Positions 51,086 to 61,305 of a DNA stretch of 64,000 bases are shown here, piece after piece. How positions within the stretch are numbered: position 1 is the first letter of the stretch; each line of letters opens with the position of its first letter. The DNA is from an uncultured Gemmatimonadales bacterium. Its GTDB lineage: Bacteria > Gemmatimonadota > Gemmatimonadetes > Palauibacterales > Palauibacteraceae. The translations under genes and the position numbers were made by a program. The stretch spans positions 704,001 through 768,000 of the forward strand of contig CAWANJ010000001.1 in the NCBI GenBank assembly GCA_963783385.1, read 5' to 3'. The notes beneath the pieces are model-generated. The model was not told the origin of the DNA, did no database searches, and saw nothing but the letters and a program-made list of their open reading frames with translations.

Positions 51086-51247
51086 AGCGGAGGTCCAGGC
51101 CGGGCTGGTGCGGCGTACCGTACCGCCCATTCGGGGCGCGTACCCAACGCCCCTTACCCGGTCCTGGCCCGTCAACCGGTCGCGGCTACGCCCGCGCCCG
51201 GCCCCTCACGGCCCTCACGGACACCACCCGTGGGGGCCGTCTTCATC

Positions 51248-51658
51248 CTATCGGATCTTGTACCGTTTCTCGCGGCTTCCCTTCACGGGATCCAGCTTTA
51301 CGTACACGTTGTCCTCGGTGGTCCCGTGATGCAGGTCCCAGCGCACGGAGTTCTTATTGAGCACCTCTCCCGTGCTGGCGCTCCGCTCCACGATCTCATT
51401 GATCGTAAGTGGGCTGTCCGCTCCGCGAAGGATGGTGGTGACTCGCTCTCGAATGCTGACATCTCCGGCAGCACCGGCCGATGCGTGGGCCTTTCCATTG
51501 CGCCCGGCACCGGCTGCACCCGTCTTCTGGACGGCGTCAACCAGCTCCTTCAGCGTCTCGTGGACCAACCGCTGGAGTTCCAGTTTGCGCTCCGCCTGCC
51601 GGATCTCCACCTCGCTATCCTCGAGCTTCTTCCGGAGCAGATCCATGACTTCTGTCAT
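51248..51658 (-). CDS. IS passenger: coiled-coil plus winged-HTH-like protein
   Basis: AAAGGAG RBS; RVTTILRGADSPLTINEIVE. Confidence 0.55.
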   Translation of the reverse strand: MTEVMDLLRKKLEDSEVEIRQAERKLELQRLVHETLKELVDAVQKTGAAGAGRNGKAHASAGAAGDVSIRERVTTILRGADSPLTINEIVERSASTGEVLNKNSVRWDLHHGTTEDNVYVKLDPVKGSREKRYKIR

Positions 51659-51783
51659 TGTTTCGGAACTCCTTTCGGCGGGCCAGCCATCACTCAGTGT
51701 TGGTGGACTGATGGAAGGTAAGCGCTCAGGCATGGAGGAGCAAGGAGGCCATCCGATGGGCCATCACTCGAGGAGGGCATCCT

Positions 51784-51954
51784 ATGAGTAAGCCGCATGA
51801 CAAGGAGTCAGGAGAGCGGGATTCGCTCTCCCTTCATCCCCTGGAGTTGGATGAAGCCATGGCCGGTTTCCTTCAAGTGGACCCCAAGAAGGTGAAGGAG
51901 GCGGAACATGAAAGGCAGCATGAAGACGAGAATGACACTCGGGAGGACCGATGA
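51784..51954 (+). CDS. IS passenger: 56-aa acidic protein (not in ORF track)
   Basis: MSKPHDKESGERDSLSLHPLELDEAMAGFLQVDP...; RBS; ATGA overlap with next gene. Confidence 0.55.
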   Translation: MSKPHDKESGERDSLSLHPLELDEAMAGFLQVDPKKVKEAEHERQHEDENDTREDR

Positions 51955-54500
51955 GGTCGCTCGTCGTTGACGCCCTATCTGGCCGAGAAGTAATCGCCGG
52001 CCCAGAGGAACGGGACGCAACGCAGCCTTTTGTCTTCTATCTGACGCAGCGCCTCGGCTGGCATCCGAAGCAGATCATTACTCGTCCTCAGTGGCGAGTA
52101 CCCAAGTCCCCGTCGTCGCCAAGAAGCTCGGGCTATCCAGTAGACATTGCCATCTTTGACTCAGAGGAGTACGCGGGAGACCCCGACCACATCCAGATCA
52201 TTGTAGAGTGCAAAGCGCCAAGCGAGGATCAGGGAATAGGGGAGCTCAAGACCTACCTGGGCTTAGAGCCAGAAGCACGCCTTGGCATTTGGTTCAACGG
52301 TGAGAAGCATGTGCTGGTATGGAAGGTGGCGGACGGCTTCTCGGTCGACAGATATGGACCAGTGCCGCGCTCAACCGACCCGTTAGCGCCAACCGAATCG
52401 CAGCCTCCGCTTCGATATGTAGACCTCGTACCGCCGCCCAACCTAGGCGAGATTTTCCGTAGGCTTCGGGACCGCATTGCCGCGCAGGACACGCACGTCA
52501 ACAGGGATGAGTTCATTCTAAACGATCTTGCCAACCTACTCGTGTGCAAGATAGCCGACGAGCAGGAAGGACAATTGGAGCCCAATCGGCCGATGGCGTT
52601 TCAGCTGGCGGGTTCGCAGAAAGCCACAGCGGAGTCGATTCGCCGCTACTTCACGGAGATCAAGAATCGACTAACATCCGTGTTCACGGACAGAGATGAG
52701 CGATTGCACATTGACGACGAGAGCTTGGAAGAAGTGGTGCGAACACTTCAAGCCTACATTTTGCTCGACCATGACAGACATGCCGTGGGCACGGCGTTTC
52801 AGGTCCTTCGCGGTCGAGCGTTAAAGGGCGAGGAGGGCTCCTATTTCACCCCGCCGCCGCTCGTTGACTGCGTGGTGTCCATCCTAGACCCTGATCACGG
52901 CACTCGACTCGTTGATCCGGCTTGTGGAACGGGCGGATTCTTGGCGGCTGCTCTCGATCACGTTTTCACTGGGATCGACAACAAGAAGCTGTCCGCCGAT
53001 GCGAAGACACGCGCTAAGACCACATGGGCGGGCGAATCTCTCATTGCGGTAGACAAGGATGCAGTATCCACGAAGCTATGCAAGGCATACCTCACCCTTC
53101 TTGGAGATGGGCGGTCACACGTCTACCGGGCAGATGCGATTGACCGGACCGCGTGGGGCGAGCGGGCCGATGACCTGCAACGGGTTGTGGCGAGCGGGAC
53201 CTTCGACCAGGTCATGACTAACCCGCCGTTCGGATCGAAGCTCAAGATTAGCGCGGATACCGGTCGCCAGGAGCAGTTGCTGGTATGCAGGAGGTGGGTC
53301 GACGCAGGATCTGAATGGAAACCAACCGACGAATGGACGGACCAGCAGCTCGGCATCGCATTCTTTGAGCGTGCTGTGGATCTCCTAAGCAACGGAGGAA
53401 ATCTCGCCATCGTTCTTCCGGAGACCTTTCTGTTCTCCCCAAGCTTCAAATGGTTCATTGACTGGATTTGCCGAACTCTTACAGTTACCCATGTTGTCGA
53501 CGTTCCCATGGTAGCATTCGAGGAGTTTTGCCGCGCCAAGACGTGCCTCGTCTTCGTCCGAAAGACCAAGCCATCCCCCGGACATTGCACGGTCATGAGC
53601 TTCCCACGATCTATCGGACAAGACAAGCGGGGCAAGCCTCTCTTCGCGCTCAATGGAGAGGGCGTAAGAAAGGAGGGGGAGGGCCTTGACAATGAAATGG
53701 CGGAGGCCGTGAAGGAGATCGTTTCGAGGGGCTACAGGGGCAAGACGAAAACGGATCGCAAGGGAAGCCATGGTCGCTATTGCTTCACAGTAGCTCAAGC
53801 GGACATCAGGAGGCGTGGCGTTCTTGTCCCCCGCTTTTGGTGGAGGTCACATACTGACGATGCTTTACATGAATGGTCAGAGAAGCACGACAGCCGGATA
53901 CTGAGCCTCGGTGAGCTTGCAGACCGCGGAGCGATTGAAGCCTTCAGCGGACATGGCTCGCCACCAGGAAATGCGAGGGGAACCGGAAAGGTCCCTTATG
54001 TGAAGGTTACCGATCTGAAGAACTGGCGCATCAACGAAAACCCGACAAACTTCATTCACCAGAGCATCGCAGAGAAGTATTGGGCACGCGGACCGTCACT
54101 TGAGTACGGAGATTTGATCTCTCCCGCTCGCGCTTCATTGAACATCGGACAGTTTTCGATGGTGCTACCGTGGCAGACTCGCATCGTGGTGACTCGTGAG
54201 GTGCTAATCTTACGCGTCCACGACAACGATCTAGGGATAGACCCGTTCCTGCTGCTTGTGCTCCTTTCCTTGAAAGTGGTGCAGGACCAATACGAGAACC
54301 TCGCTCTCATGCAGACCAACAGGGAGCATTGAGGAGACCACTGGCGCGAAGTCCAAATCCCGATACCGGCCACAGAGTCTGCCAGGAAGCAACTGTCGCG
54401 TCCCGTGCGGGATTACTTCGATGCGATCATAGCGGCTCGCGAGTCATACCGAAGAATCTTCACCAAGTACGACCGTCAGGATTTCGGCACAAGGCCATGA
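51951..54500 (+). CDS. Fused restriction-modification enzyme (nuclease + N6-MTase + specificity-like domain), in-frame TGA at 54330-54332
   Basis: VDIAIF...IVECK, DPACGTGGF, TNPPF, IVLPE; frame stays open to TGA at 54498-54500. Confidence 0.8.
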
Positions 54501-54536
54501 CGGCGGCGCACTGGGTTTGTCAACGCCATAGTTCCG

Positions 54537-54631
54537 TTTCGAAAAGGGGAGGCGATGTCGGCGGTCGATTCGGACGCGTCCAGCCCAACGAGTCAGGCCA
54601 GCGCAGGTTCACCACCCACCGGACGTTATGC
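54537..54631 (+). repeat. attC-like site 24, right part
   Basis: Family C remainder ending GTTATGC. Confidence 0.85.
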
Positions 54632-54674
54632 GAAAACCGATGAATGGCCAGATCCTTCTGGACTACAGAGGCCC

Positions 54675-54860
54675 TTAGACTATGCCGGTCGTAGCCGTCG
54701 AACTCATGCCTAGGCTCGGAACAACGTACATCGGCTGAATCGTGATAGTCGGGTGGGTAGGAACGTGGCCGCCCACGATGGCGAGGGTCTCGGGCAGGTA
54801 GGATGCTGCGAGGGATGTTCCGAGCACCACTGCGAGCCATCGCCGTCTTCCGTCGTCCAT
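54675..54860 (-). CDS. Cassette 25: 61-aa peptide in reverse orientation
   Basis: AAGGAGG RBS before ATG; GRRRWLAVVLG leader-like segment. Confidence 0.45.
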   Translation of the reverse strand: MDDGRRRWLAVVLGTSLAASYLPETLAIVGGHVPTHPTITIQPMYVVPSLGMSSTATTGIV

Positions 54861-54941
54861 TCTCAACCTCCTTGCTCAAGGTATGGTGAAGAACCTCAAG
54901 ATTCAAAATATTTGGCTATGCAAGGAGCGCTGTCAGTCTTC

Positions 54942-55043
54942 GCATAACACGACGGGTGCCGCTTCGCCGCCTGCGGCGGCTCGCCCTTCGGGACGCCCGC
55001 TCGCTGAGACTCGCGGGCGTCGGCAACCGCGAGGACGTTATAC
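54942..55043 (+). repeat. attC-like site 25 (family A)
   Basis: GCATAAC...GTTATAC. Confidence 0.85.
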
Positions 55044-55087
55044 GCCACCGCCGTGCGAACTGGGATTCCTATAACGGGACAAATACG

Positions 55088-55786
55088 GTGAGAGCGATTG
55101 TAGCGGCGTTTCCGGTTGCCATCGCACTTGTGGTCGTTGGCAGTGTCGCCGCAACCACGGGACGGCCACGCGCGAACCAGACCATGAGATCGGTCAAGCT
55201 CCCGGTCCGAGTGCTGATGACTTCTGATGCCATGTCGGGCGATAGTCTCTACGCTAACCAGTATCCTGATACTGTTGCGATCATTTGTCCTGAGGAGATG
55301 GCCCGGCTGGTCGGAGCGTACGGGGCGGTATATCAGGTGTGGATCGCCCCGAAGGGTTGGACGGGTGGAGGGGGGATAGGTGCGGATGGCGGTACGGGTG
55401 TGAATCTCCATCCCGTAGGGGGTTCCGATACCACCGGTCCGCGCATTGGTATCACTGAAGTCCCTGCCTGCCAAGCGTGCATGCTGGGAGGAGCTGCTGT
55501 CTACTTTCCCGCCGCAATGTCCGAGTACAATCAGGAATTCAATCAACAAGGAGAGGTCCCGGTTAGAAAGCCAAGTGGTCTCGTGATCACTCGACTATCC
55601 AGGAGCTTGGTGACGTACACCCTTCCAGACGAAGGCTCGCTCAGCGTTCGTGGAGTCGCATACTTTGACAGCACGCAAACTGCAGACGAGCCGTTCATCG
55701 ATGCACAATTTGTCTTCGAGCGCCGCGACAGCCTTTTGGCGAGTCTCCTGGTGACCACATTCATCAGGCGGAAGAAACTGAAGTAA
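55088..55786 (+). CDS. Cassette 26: secreted protein, DUF4850-like
   Basis: Signal peptide; APKGW...GADG...PACQAC...YFP. Confidence 0.6.
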   Translation: MRAIVAAFPVAIALVVVGSVAATTGRPRANQTMRSVKLPVRVLMTSDAMSGDSLYANQYPDTVAIICPEEMARLVGAYGAVYQVWIAPKGWTGGGGIGADGGTGVNLHPVGGSDTTGPRIGITEVPACQACMLGGAAVYFPAAMSEYNQEFNQQGEVPVRKPSGLVITRLSRSLVTYTLPDEGSLSVRGVAYFDSTQTADEPFIDAQFVFERRDSLLASLLVTTFIRRKKLK

Positions 55787-55803
55787 CGTCAGGAACTGGC
55801 GGC

Positions 55804-55953
55804 GTATAACAAACGGTGGCCGGCTGCGCGGCCTGCGGCCGCTCCGCGCAACTGGCGCGCACACGTTGCGCATCTGGAGAGCTGCGGTGTCATTAGGCGT
55901 TGTGCTGAGACGCGGCCACGGCGCGCCAGTTCGGCAACCTAGGAACGTTATGC
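55804..55953 (+). repeat. attC-like site 26 (unique)
   Basis: GTATAAC...GTTATGC. Confidence 0.8.
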
Positions 55954-56170
55954 GAAAGCCAGCAAGATCCCCGATCGATGCTTGTAGAGGAAGTCTGGAC
56001 TTGCTGAGAGGCCAGAAACGGCAGCCTAGGATTGGGCGTTTGAGACTGACGTTACGAATGGGCCTGCGGTGCTGATGAGGAACTCTCTCGCGACTCGTAC
56101 GCGGCAGCCCGGTGTTCGAACACCGCTACCCGAGCACCCTATAGCCGTCGACTCGCAGCTACCAGAGCCT

Positions 56171-57243
56171 ATGAGGCGCAAGACGAAACACCTACGACTG
56201 CGGCTTCGTCTCCTCCTGCTACCGATTGCCTTGGTCGGGTGCCAGGGGCGACGGTCGCCCCCCTTCCTGCACCCGCCACCGAGGTCCTCTTCCCGGTCGA
56301 TAGCCTTTCGCTACCCCCGGAACTGTGGCTCGGGTTCGCGGCCGATATGGTACTGTGGCCGTCTCATGGCGCCCTGTTGGCCGCTGATGGGGTCGGCAGC
56401 AGAATCATCCGTATTGATCTGGCTCGCCGGAGTTCGCAGGTGATCTGTTCGACCGGGTCCGGACCGAACGAAGTACGCAATCCCACCGCGCTGGAAGTCG
56501 TGGGTGATCGCCTCTGGATCGTCGACAGCGGGAACGGCCGCATCCTGCTTGTGTCCGCGAACTGTGCGGATGGCCGTTCCTTTCCTCTCGAGGCTCGTGC
56601 CTATGCAACCAACACGGCGCTGGGCCCGACGGGTGTCGTGCTCAATCCTACGGGCGGATTCGACGGCCATTTGCTCACACTCCATGACTCCGCCGGGAGA
56701 CTGGGCAGTCTGGTACCTGTACCGCCGCTTCTTCTTCCCCTCTCTCCGACGGATGTCAAGCGCGAGGTGGCCCGTCACGAGTTGCCCCAGCTGTTCGCCA
56801 ACAACGTGCTGGTGGCACAGGACGCCTCGGAAGATGTGTACGTCGCCTCTCTGGGCGCCGGGTGGTTGAGGAAGTACTCGCGCGATTCGACGCTGGTTTG
56901 GGGGACGACGCTGGACGATCCGTTGTTCACGAAGCTCTTGGAAGCGTACAGGGCCCAGAACCTGAACGAGCCGAATCCCCGACGGATACATCCCTACCGA
57001 CTCTTCGCCGATCTCGAGCTCGCCGAGAAGGACGAGGAGGTCTGGCTCTTGAGCTCGCCGGACGCCGACTCCGCCATCGTATGGCAGTTCGCCTCCGGGA
57101 CAGGCCATCTCGATCGGCGCCTGAGCCTTCATGGGGTGTCGTCTCCCGGGGCCTTGACGGTGGATGACCACGGAGGTCGGTTCTTCGTGATGGCGGACAA
57201 CGGTGAGAGGGTCTTTGTCTTTTCGACCGACAGCAGCCAATGA
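56171..57243 (+). CDS. Cassette 27: beta-propeller (NHL-like) lipoprotein, frameshift after lipobox
   Basis: LLLLPIALVGC leader is out of frame by one base at a G run near 56245; GSGPNEVRNP...LWIVDSGNGRI. Confidence 0.65.
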
Positions 57244-57332
57244 TTAGGATATTCGAACGGGGGCGGGCCCTGGGAATGCTCGTCGTTGGAGTACGCATAT
57301 GCCGTTGCAGGGGAGATGCTCGGGCGACCTTC

Positions 57333-57434
57333 GCATAACACGACGGGTGCCGCTTCGCCGCCCGCGGCGGCTCGCCCTTCGGGACGCCCGCTCGCCGAGA
57401 CTCGCGGGCGTCGGCAACCGCAAGGACGTTATCC
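57333..57434 (+). repeat. attC-like site 27 (family A)
   Basis: GCATAAC...GTTATCC. Confidence 0.85.
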
Positions 57435-57483
57435 GAGAGTGGGCCTTTGACGATTCGATGCTAGCGGGACGACAAGAGTCTGC

Positions 57484-58191
57484 ATGATCCTAGTCTACTT
57501 CGATGAGTCCAAGAGTGAACCGGATCATGAGCACTACCATCTCGGGGCTGTTTGCGTTGACGAGTCAAACATCAGGGCAGTGGAGGATCGAGTAGCCGAC
57601 ATTGCGAAGCAGGCTCTTGGGAGCTCAGCACTCACGTCTGATACTGAACTGCACGCCGCCGAAATATATCACCGAAAGAGACACTTCAAGGACTGGACCG
57701 ACTTTCAAGACCGTATCGATCTCTTAGGCGAGCTTGTCGACGTCCTGAGCCTGCCTGAAGTGATGCTGATCGACATCCAGATCAACTGTAAGCTCCTCTA
57801 CACGAGCCAGCCGGCCAGCGACATAGCCTTCATGTACCTCTGCGAGAAGGCGAACAGCCTAGTAGGGGAATGTGACACGCTCGGCATGCTCATTGGAGAC
57901 CGCGAAAGCGACCGCTTCGCAGAGCGGTATGCTATCGCTCTCTCCGAATACCGTTTAGAGGGCACAGGCTTCCAGTTTGGACGCGAAATATCGCACTTGG
58001 TCGATTCGGTGCACTTCACGCACTCGCATCTAAGCCGCTTACTGCAGCTCGCCGATATCTATTGCTGGCTCCTGCAGTTTCAACTTCGCAATGCCGACTC
58101 CGACAACGTCCATCACCGGACTGTCTTCAACATGCTGGGACGAAACAACGTGGACCTGTTCCCAAGGAGGTACAAAGAGTGGCCTCGCTAG
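57484..58191 (+). CDS. Cassette 28: DUF3800 family protein
   Basis: YFDES, ELHAAEI, LLQLADI. Confidence 0.8.
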   Translation: MILVYFDESKSEPDHEHYHLGAVCVDESNIRAVEDRVADIAKQALGSSALTSDTELHAAEIYHRKRHFKDWTDFQDRIDLLGELVDVLSLPEVMLIDIQINCKLLYTSQPASDIAFMYLCEKANSLVGECDTLGMLIGDRESDRFAERYAIALSEYRLEGTGFQFGREISHLVDSVHFTHSHLSRLLQLADIYCWLLQFQLRNADSDNVHHRTVFNMLGRNNVDLFPRRYKEWPR

Positions 58192-58238
58192 CCCCTGACG
58201 GCGGCCACATGACTGGGGCTCAGACGGTCACCACCCTC

Positions 58239-58394
58239 GGATAACAGGACGGGCGGCGGCTCGCGCGCTAGCGCGCTCGCAGCAACCTGCGGTAGCTTTT
58301 TGGAAACCCGCACCGGACCCGGTGACTGACGGAGGACCGCCCTGCCATGGCCTTCGGGCCACCGCAGTTTCGCCACCCGCCGGGGACGTTATGC
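58239..58394 (+). repeat. attC-like site 28 (family E-like)
   Basis: GGATAAC...GTTATGC. Confidence 0.85.
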
Positions 58395-58427
58395 ACCACT
58401 GCACTTTGCATCGGGGAGCGCCGGTCG

Positions 58428-59372
58428 GTGATTGACATTTTCCTTTCCTATTCCCATTGAGATGCAGGGATGCGAGATGAGCTTGAGGTACATTCCGCAA
58501 TTCTGAAGCGCCAAGGACTCGTCCGGCTCTGGCATGACCGTCGAATTGCTCCTGGGGGGGATATCCGCCACGAGATCGACGCCCAACTTGAGAGTGCCGA
58601 CGTTATCCTCCTGCTGGTAAGCCCGTACTTCCTCGCATCCGATTACTGCTACGATGTTGAAATGACTCGAGCCTTAGCCCGCCACGAGGCTGGGGAAGCT
58701 ATAGTGATCCCGGTAATACTCGAAGCATGTGAATGGAAGAACACGCCGTTTGGTGGACTGCGGGCCACTCCCGAGGATGGCAGGCCGATCTCGAAATTCG
58801 GCAACATGCATGACGCGTTTCTTCAGGTCACAACTGACATTCGCTGGGCCGCCGAGCAACTTGGGAAGGCCGAGCAAAGAGCAATGGAACCGGTCGACGC
58901 TCAAGAGGTGAGGGCTGACACATCCGTTCGCACCAGCAACTTGAGGCTCCGCAAGAGCTTCTTGGATCGTGACAGAGATCTCTTTCGAGATGAAGCCTTC
59001 GACTATGCTGCAACGTTCTTTGAGAATTCTCTCATAGAACTGACCGCCCGCAATCCGGAGATCGAGTATCGCTTTAGACGATCCGGGGATGATGAGTTCA
59101 CTGTGGCCGTCTACGTCGAGGGAGAGAAGAGGAGTAGCTGCCGGATCTGGTTGCCCCACAGGGATGCCTTTGGTGGCGATATTGCCTACGCCTCGAGCGA
59201 ACGGGTAGAGGCGGGAGCTTCAATGATTCGATGCAGATTGAGGACAATGGCTACAAACTGGGATTCAGGCCTTTGGGCCTCGCCTACATGGGCCAACAGA
59301 GTGATCGAGTTGCTGACACCACATGGCGCGGCAGAGTACTTCTGGTCTGTGCTGATAGCTCCTCTACAGTAG
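58428..59372 (+). pseudogene. Cassette 29: TIR-domain protein with in-frame TGA at codon 11 and apparent 3' frameshifts
   Basis: VIDIFLSYSH*D...WHDRRIAPG...LLVSPYFLASDYCYDVEM. Confidence 0.7.
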
Positions 59373-59382
59373 GTGACGATCA

Positions 59383-59526
59383 ATGGTTAAGAAGCGGTTC
59401 ATCTGTCATCGTTGTGAGAAGTCCTTTGTGGTGGAAGTTCTTGAGCCCGGTGAGGCTGAAGCCAAGAACGTGCGACCGGTCCCGGTCAGATGTCCGGACT
59501 GTGGAGGACCGGTAGTAGCAGAATGA
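59383..59526 (+). CDS. Cassette 29: 47-aa zinc-ribbon protein (not in ORF track)
   Basis: MVKKRFICHRCEKSF...VRCPDCGGPVVAE; two CxxC; AGGTGA RBS. Confidence 0.65.
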   Translation: MVKKRFICHRCEKSFVVEVLEPGEAEAKNVRPVPVRCPDCGGPVVAE

Positions 59527-59561
59527 GTCGAAACAAGTCCGGATCAGGCAATAGCTGCGGT

Positions 59562-59660
59562 GCATAACAGGTCCGCTGGCGGCCCGAGGCTGTGCCTCGG
59601 GCCTACACCTGCCCTCGCTCGTCGCTCGGGCAGGCGTCGCCAGCTGCCGGGACGTTAGGC
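59562..59660 (+). repeat. attC-like site 29 (unique, 99 bp)
   Basis: GCATAAC...GTTAGGC; GCTGGCG/CGCCAGC. Confidence 0.8.
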
Positions 59661-59696
59661 GAGAGACCGCTTCATTTGCTGCAGTCAGGAGGCGTG

Positions 59697-59843
59697 ATGC
59701 CAGGCAAGAAGAAGAGCTCGGTCCCGAAGAGGCCGGCTCCCAAAAAGAAGGCAACCAAGAAGACCGGGACACACAGCACCGGAGCACGAAAGGCTCCTAA
59801 GAAGAAGGCCACAAAGAAGACTAAGAAGAAGCCATCACGCTAG
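59697..59843 (+). CDS. Cassette 30: 48-aa lysine-rich peptide
   Basis: AGGAGG RBS; APKKKATKKT occurs twice. Confidence 0.6.
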   Translation: MPGKKKSSVPKRPAPKKKATKKTGTHSTGARKAPKKKATKKTKKKPSR

Positions 59844-59898
59844 GTGCGATTGGCCCGACCCGCCGAGTTCAGGCGATGCCACTAAGCCGGGGATCGGA

Positions 59899-60291
59899 GT
59901 GAAGTTAAAGGACGTAAGAGAGGCGTATCAGTTCTACACTGGTAAGGCCAGCGACATCGTTCGCCAGCTTTCCTTTGCAGGCTTAGCTACGATCTGGCTT
60001 TTCAAGGAAGGGGTCGGGCAACGGCAGCACGTGCCGCACGAGCTCTTCATGCCTGGGGCGCTGATCGTCTCGGCGTTAGCAGCTGATTTCCTTCATTACC
60101 TCGTGGGCTCGGCGGTCTGGGGCTCCTATAACCGCCACAAGGAGCGATCGGGAACAGCGGTCACCGATGAGTTCGAGGCACCACCGGCGCTCAACTGGCC
60201 CACCATGGTTCTCTTCTGGCTCAAGGTAGCTTTCCTGCTCCTCTCGTACGGGCTGCTTCTCAGCTTCCTCATCCACAGGATTGTCGACTAA
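59899..60291 (+). CDS. Cassette 30: membrane protein (about 3 TM)
   Basis: KASDIVRQLSFAGLATIWLF and two further hydrophobic helices. Confidence 0.7.
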   Translation: MKLKDVREAYQFYTGKASDIVRQLSFAGLATIWLFKEGVGQRQHVPHELFMPGALIVSALAADFLHYLVGSAVWGSYNRHKERSGTAVTDEFEAPPALNWPTMVLFWLKVAFLLLSYGLLLSFLIHRIVD

Positions 60292-60305
60292 TGCCGCGCC
60301 CCCTC

Positions 60306-60401
60306 GCCTAACATGACGGGTCCCGGCTCGGACGCTGCGCGCCCTCGCACACGCCGCCTCGCAACCGCTCGGCAGCGTCGGGACCCGCAAGGACGTTATG
60401 T
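60306..60401 (+). repeat. attC-like site 30 (unique, 96 bp)
   Basis: GCCTAAC...GTTATGT; CGGGTCCCG/CGGGACCCG. Confidence 0.8.
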
Positions 60402-60428
60402 GAAATGCTCATACCCAGAGGCGTCTAG

Positions 60429-61291
60429 ATGAAGACATTCTTCATACGGCACCGTATCGGCGCTATTGATACAGCCGAGAACCGTGAGCTGTATGAGGCG
60501 AATCTCATCGCAATTCATTATCCTGGCGATGGACCCAGGACTCACAAAGCCTCGATCCCGATGATTACGATAAGAAGTCTGCGCATGTGATCCGACGCTT
60601 TCTCGACCTAGGCGTGTCTGGTGGCTATGTCTGGGCGCAGTATCGGGGCTTGCCGGGTGTTAAGATTGGTGTCATTGAACCAGGATCGAAGCCCGAGTTG
60701 CTGCGCCGCCGATGGACTAATCCTCGATACGTGTCGCGACTCGGGGATGTGGCGATCCTCAAGACGCTTAGGCTAACACGCGTTCGGGAGGTTGGGCCGG
60801 GTAAGCTTATGAGTCTCCGGGCTGCCCGACCTCGTCAAGGCACAGTCTGCCAGTGGCCGAGGATCGGGAGACGCCTCGAGAACATCCTGGAAGATCGACA
60901 GCAGGCGCTTCGATGGGAATCCTTGTCACCGGATCAACTTGAGGTCGCCTGCAGCGAGTTCCTCAGGGAACAAACACAGGCCGGGCTGCCCCGGCTTAGC
61001 ATGCTCTTGATGCCGCCGGGACGAACCATGAAGGACGTAGACCTTTACGGCGTCACGCCTGACGACCAAGAAGTTTTCGCACAGGTGACGCAGCGAACAG
61101 CGACCGCTTCGAACAGCAAGTTGAGACACCTGCGCGACTATGCGGGGGACCGGGTGCACCTTCTGTTCTTCTGCGATGTGCGCACCGTGGAACAGCAGGA
61201 TGGCGTTACGCTGGTGCCGAATGCACTAGTTGATGACTGGCTGCAGGCTAGGGTTCCTCAGTCACGTCGATTGCTGGATTGCTTAGACTGA
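60429..61291 (+). CDS. Cassette 31: restriction-endonuclease-like protein, frameshift near 60540
   Basis: MKTFFIRH start; LSPDQLEVAC...KDVDLYG...FAQV resembles an Mrr-like nuclease motif. Confidence 0.5.
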
Positions 61292-61305
61292 ACCGCCAGC
61301 ACTTC

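Larger units (their letters stand above)
49934..54536 (+). mobile_element. IS1595-family transporter element (4603 bp) with passenger genes
   Basis: 25-bp IRs (49934-49958 and 54512-54536, 22/25 match); 8-bp target duplication TTTCGAAA (49926-49933, 54537-54544). Confidence 0.92.

Noticed and set aside
54330-58460. TGA recoding or selenocysteine at the two in-frame stops
   Set aside because: TGA is the normal stop for many genes here, the positions are not Cys-like, and I see no SECIS evidence.
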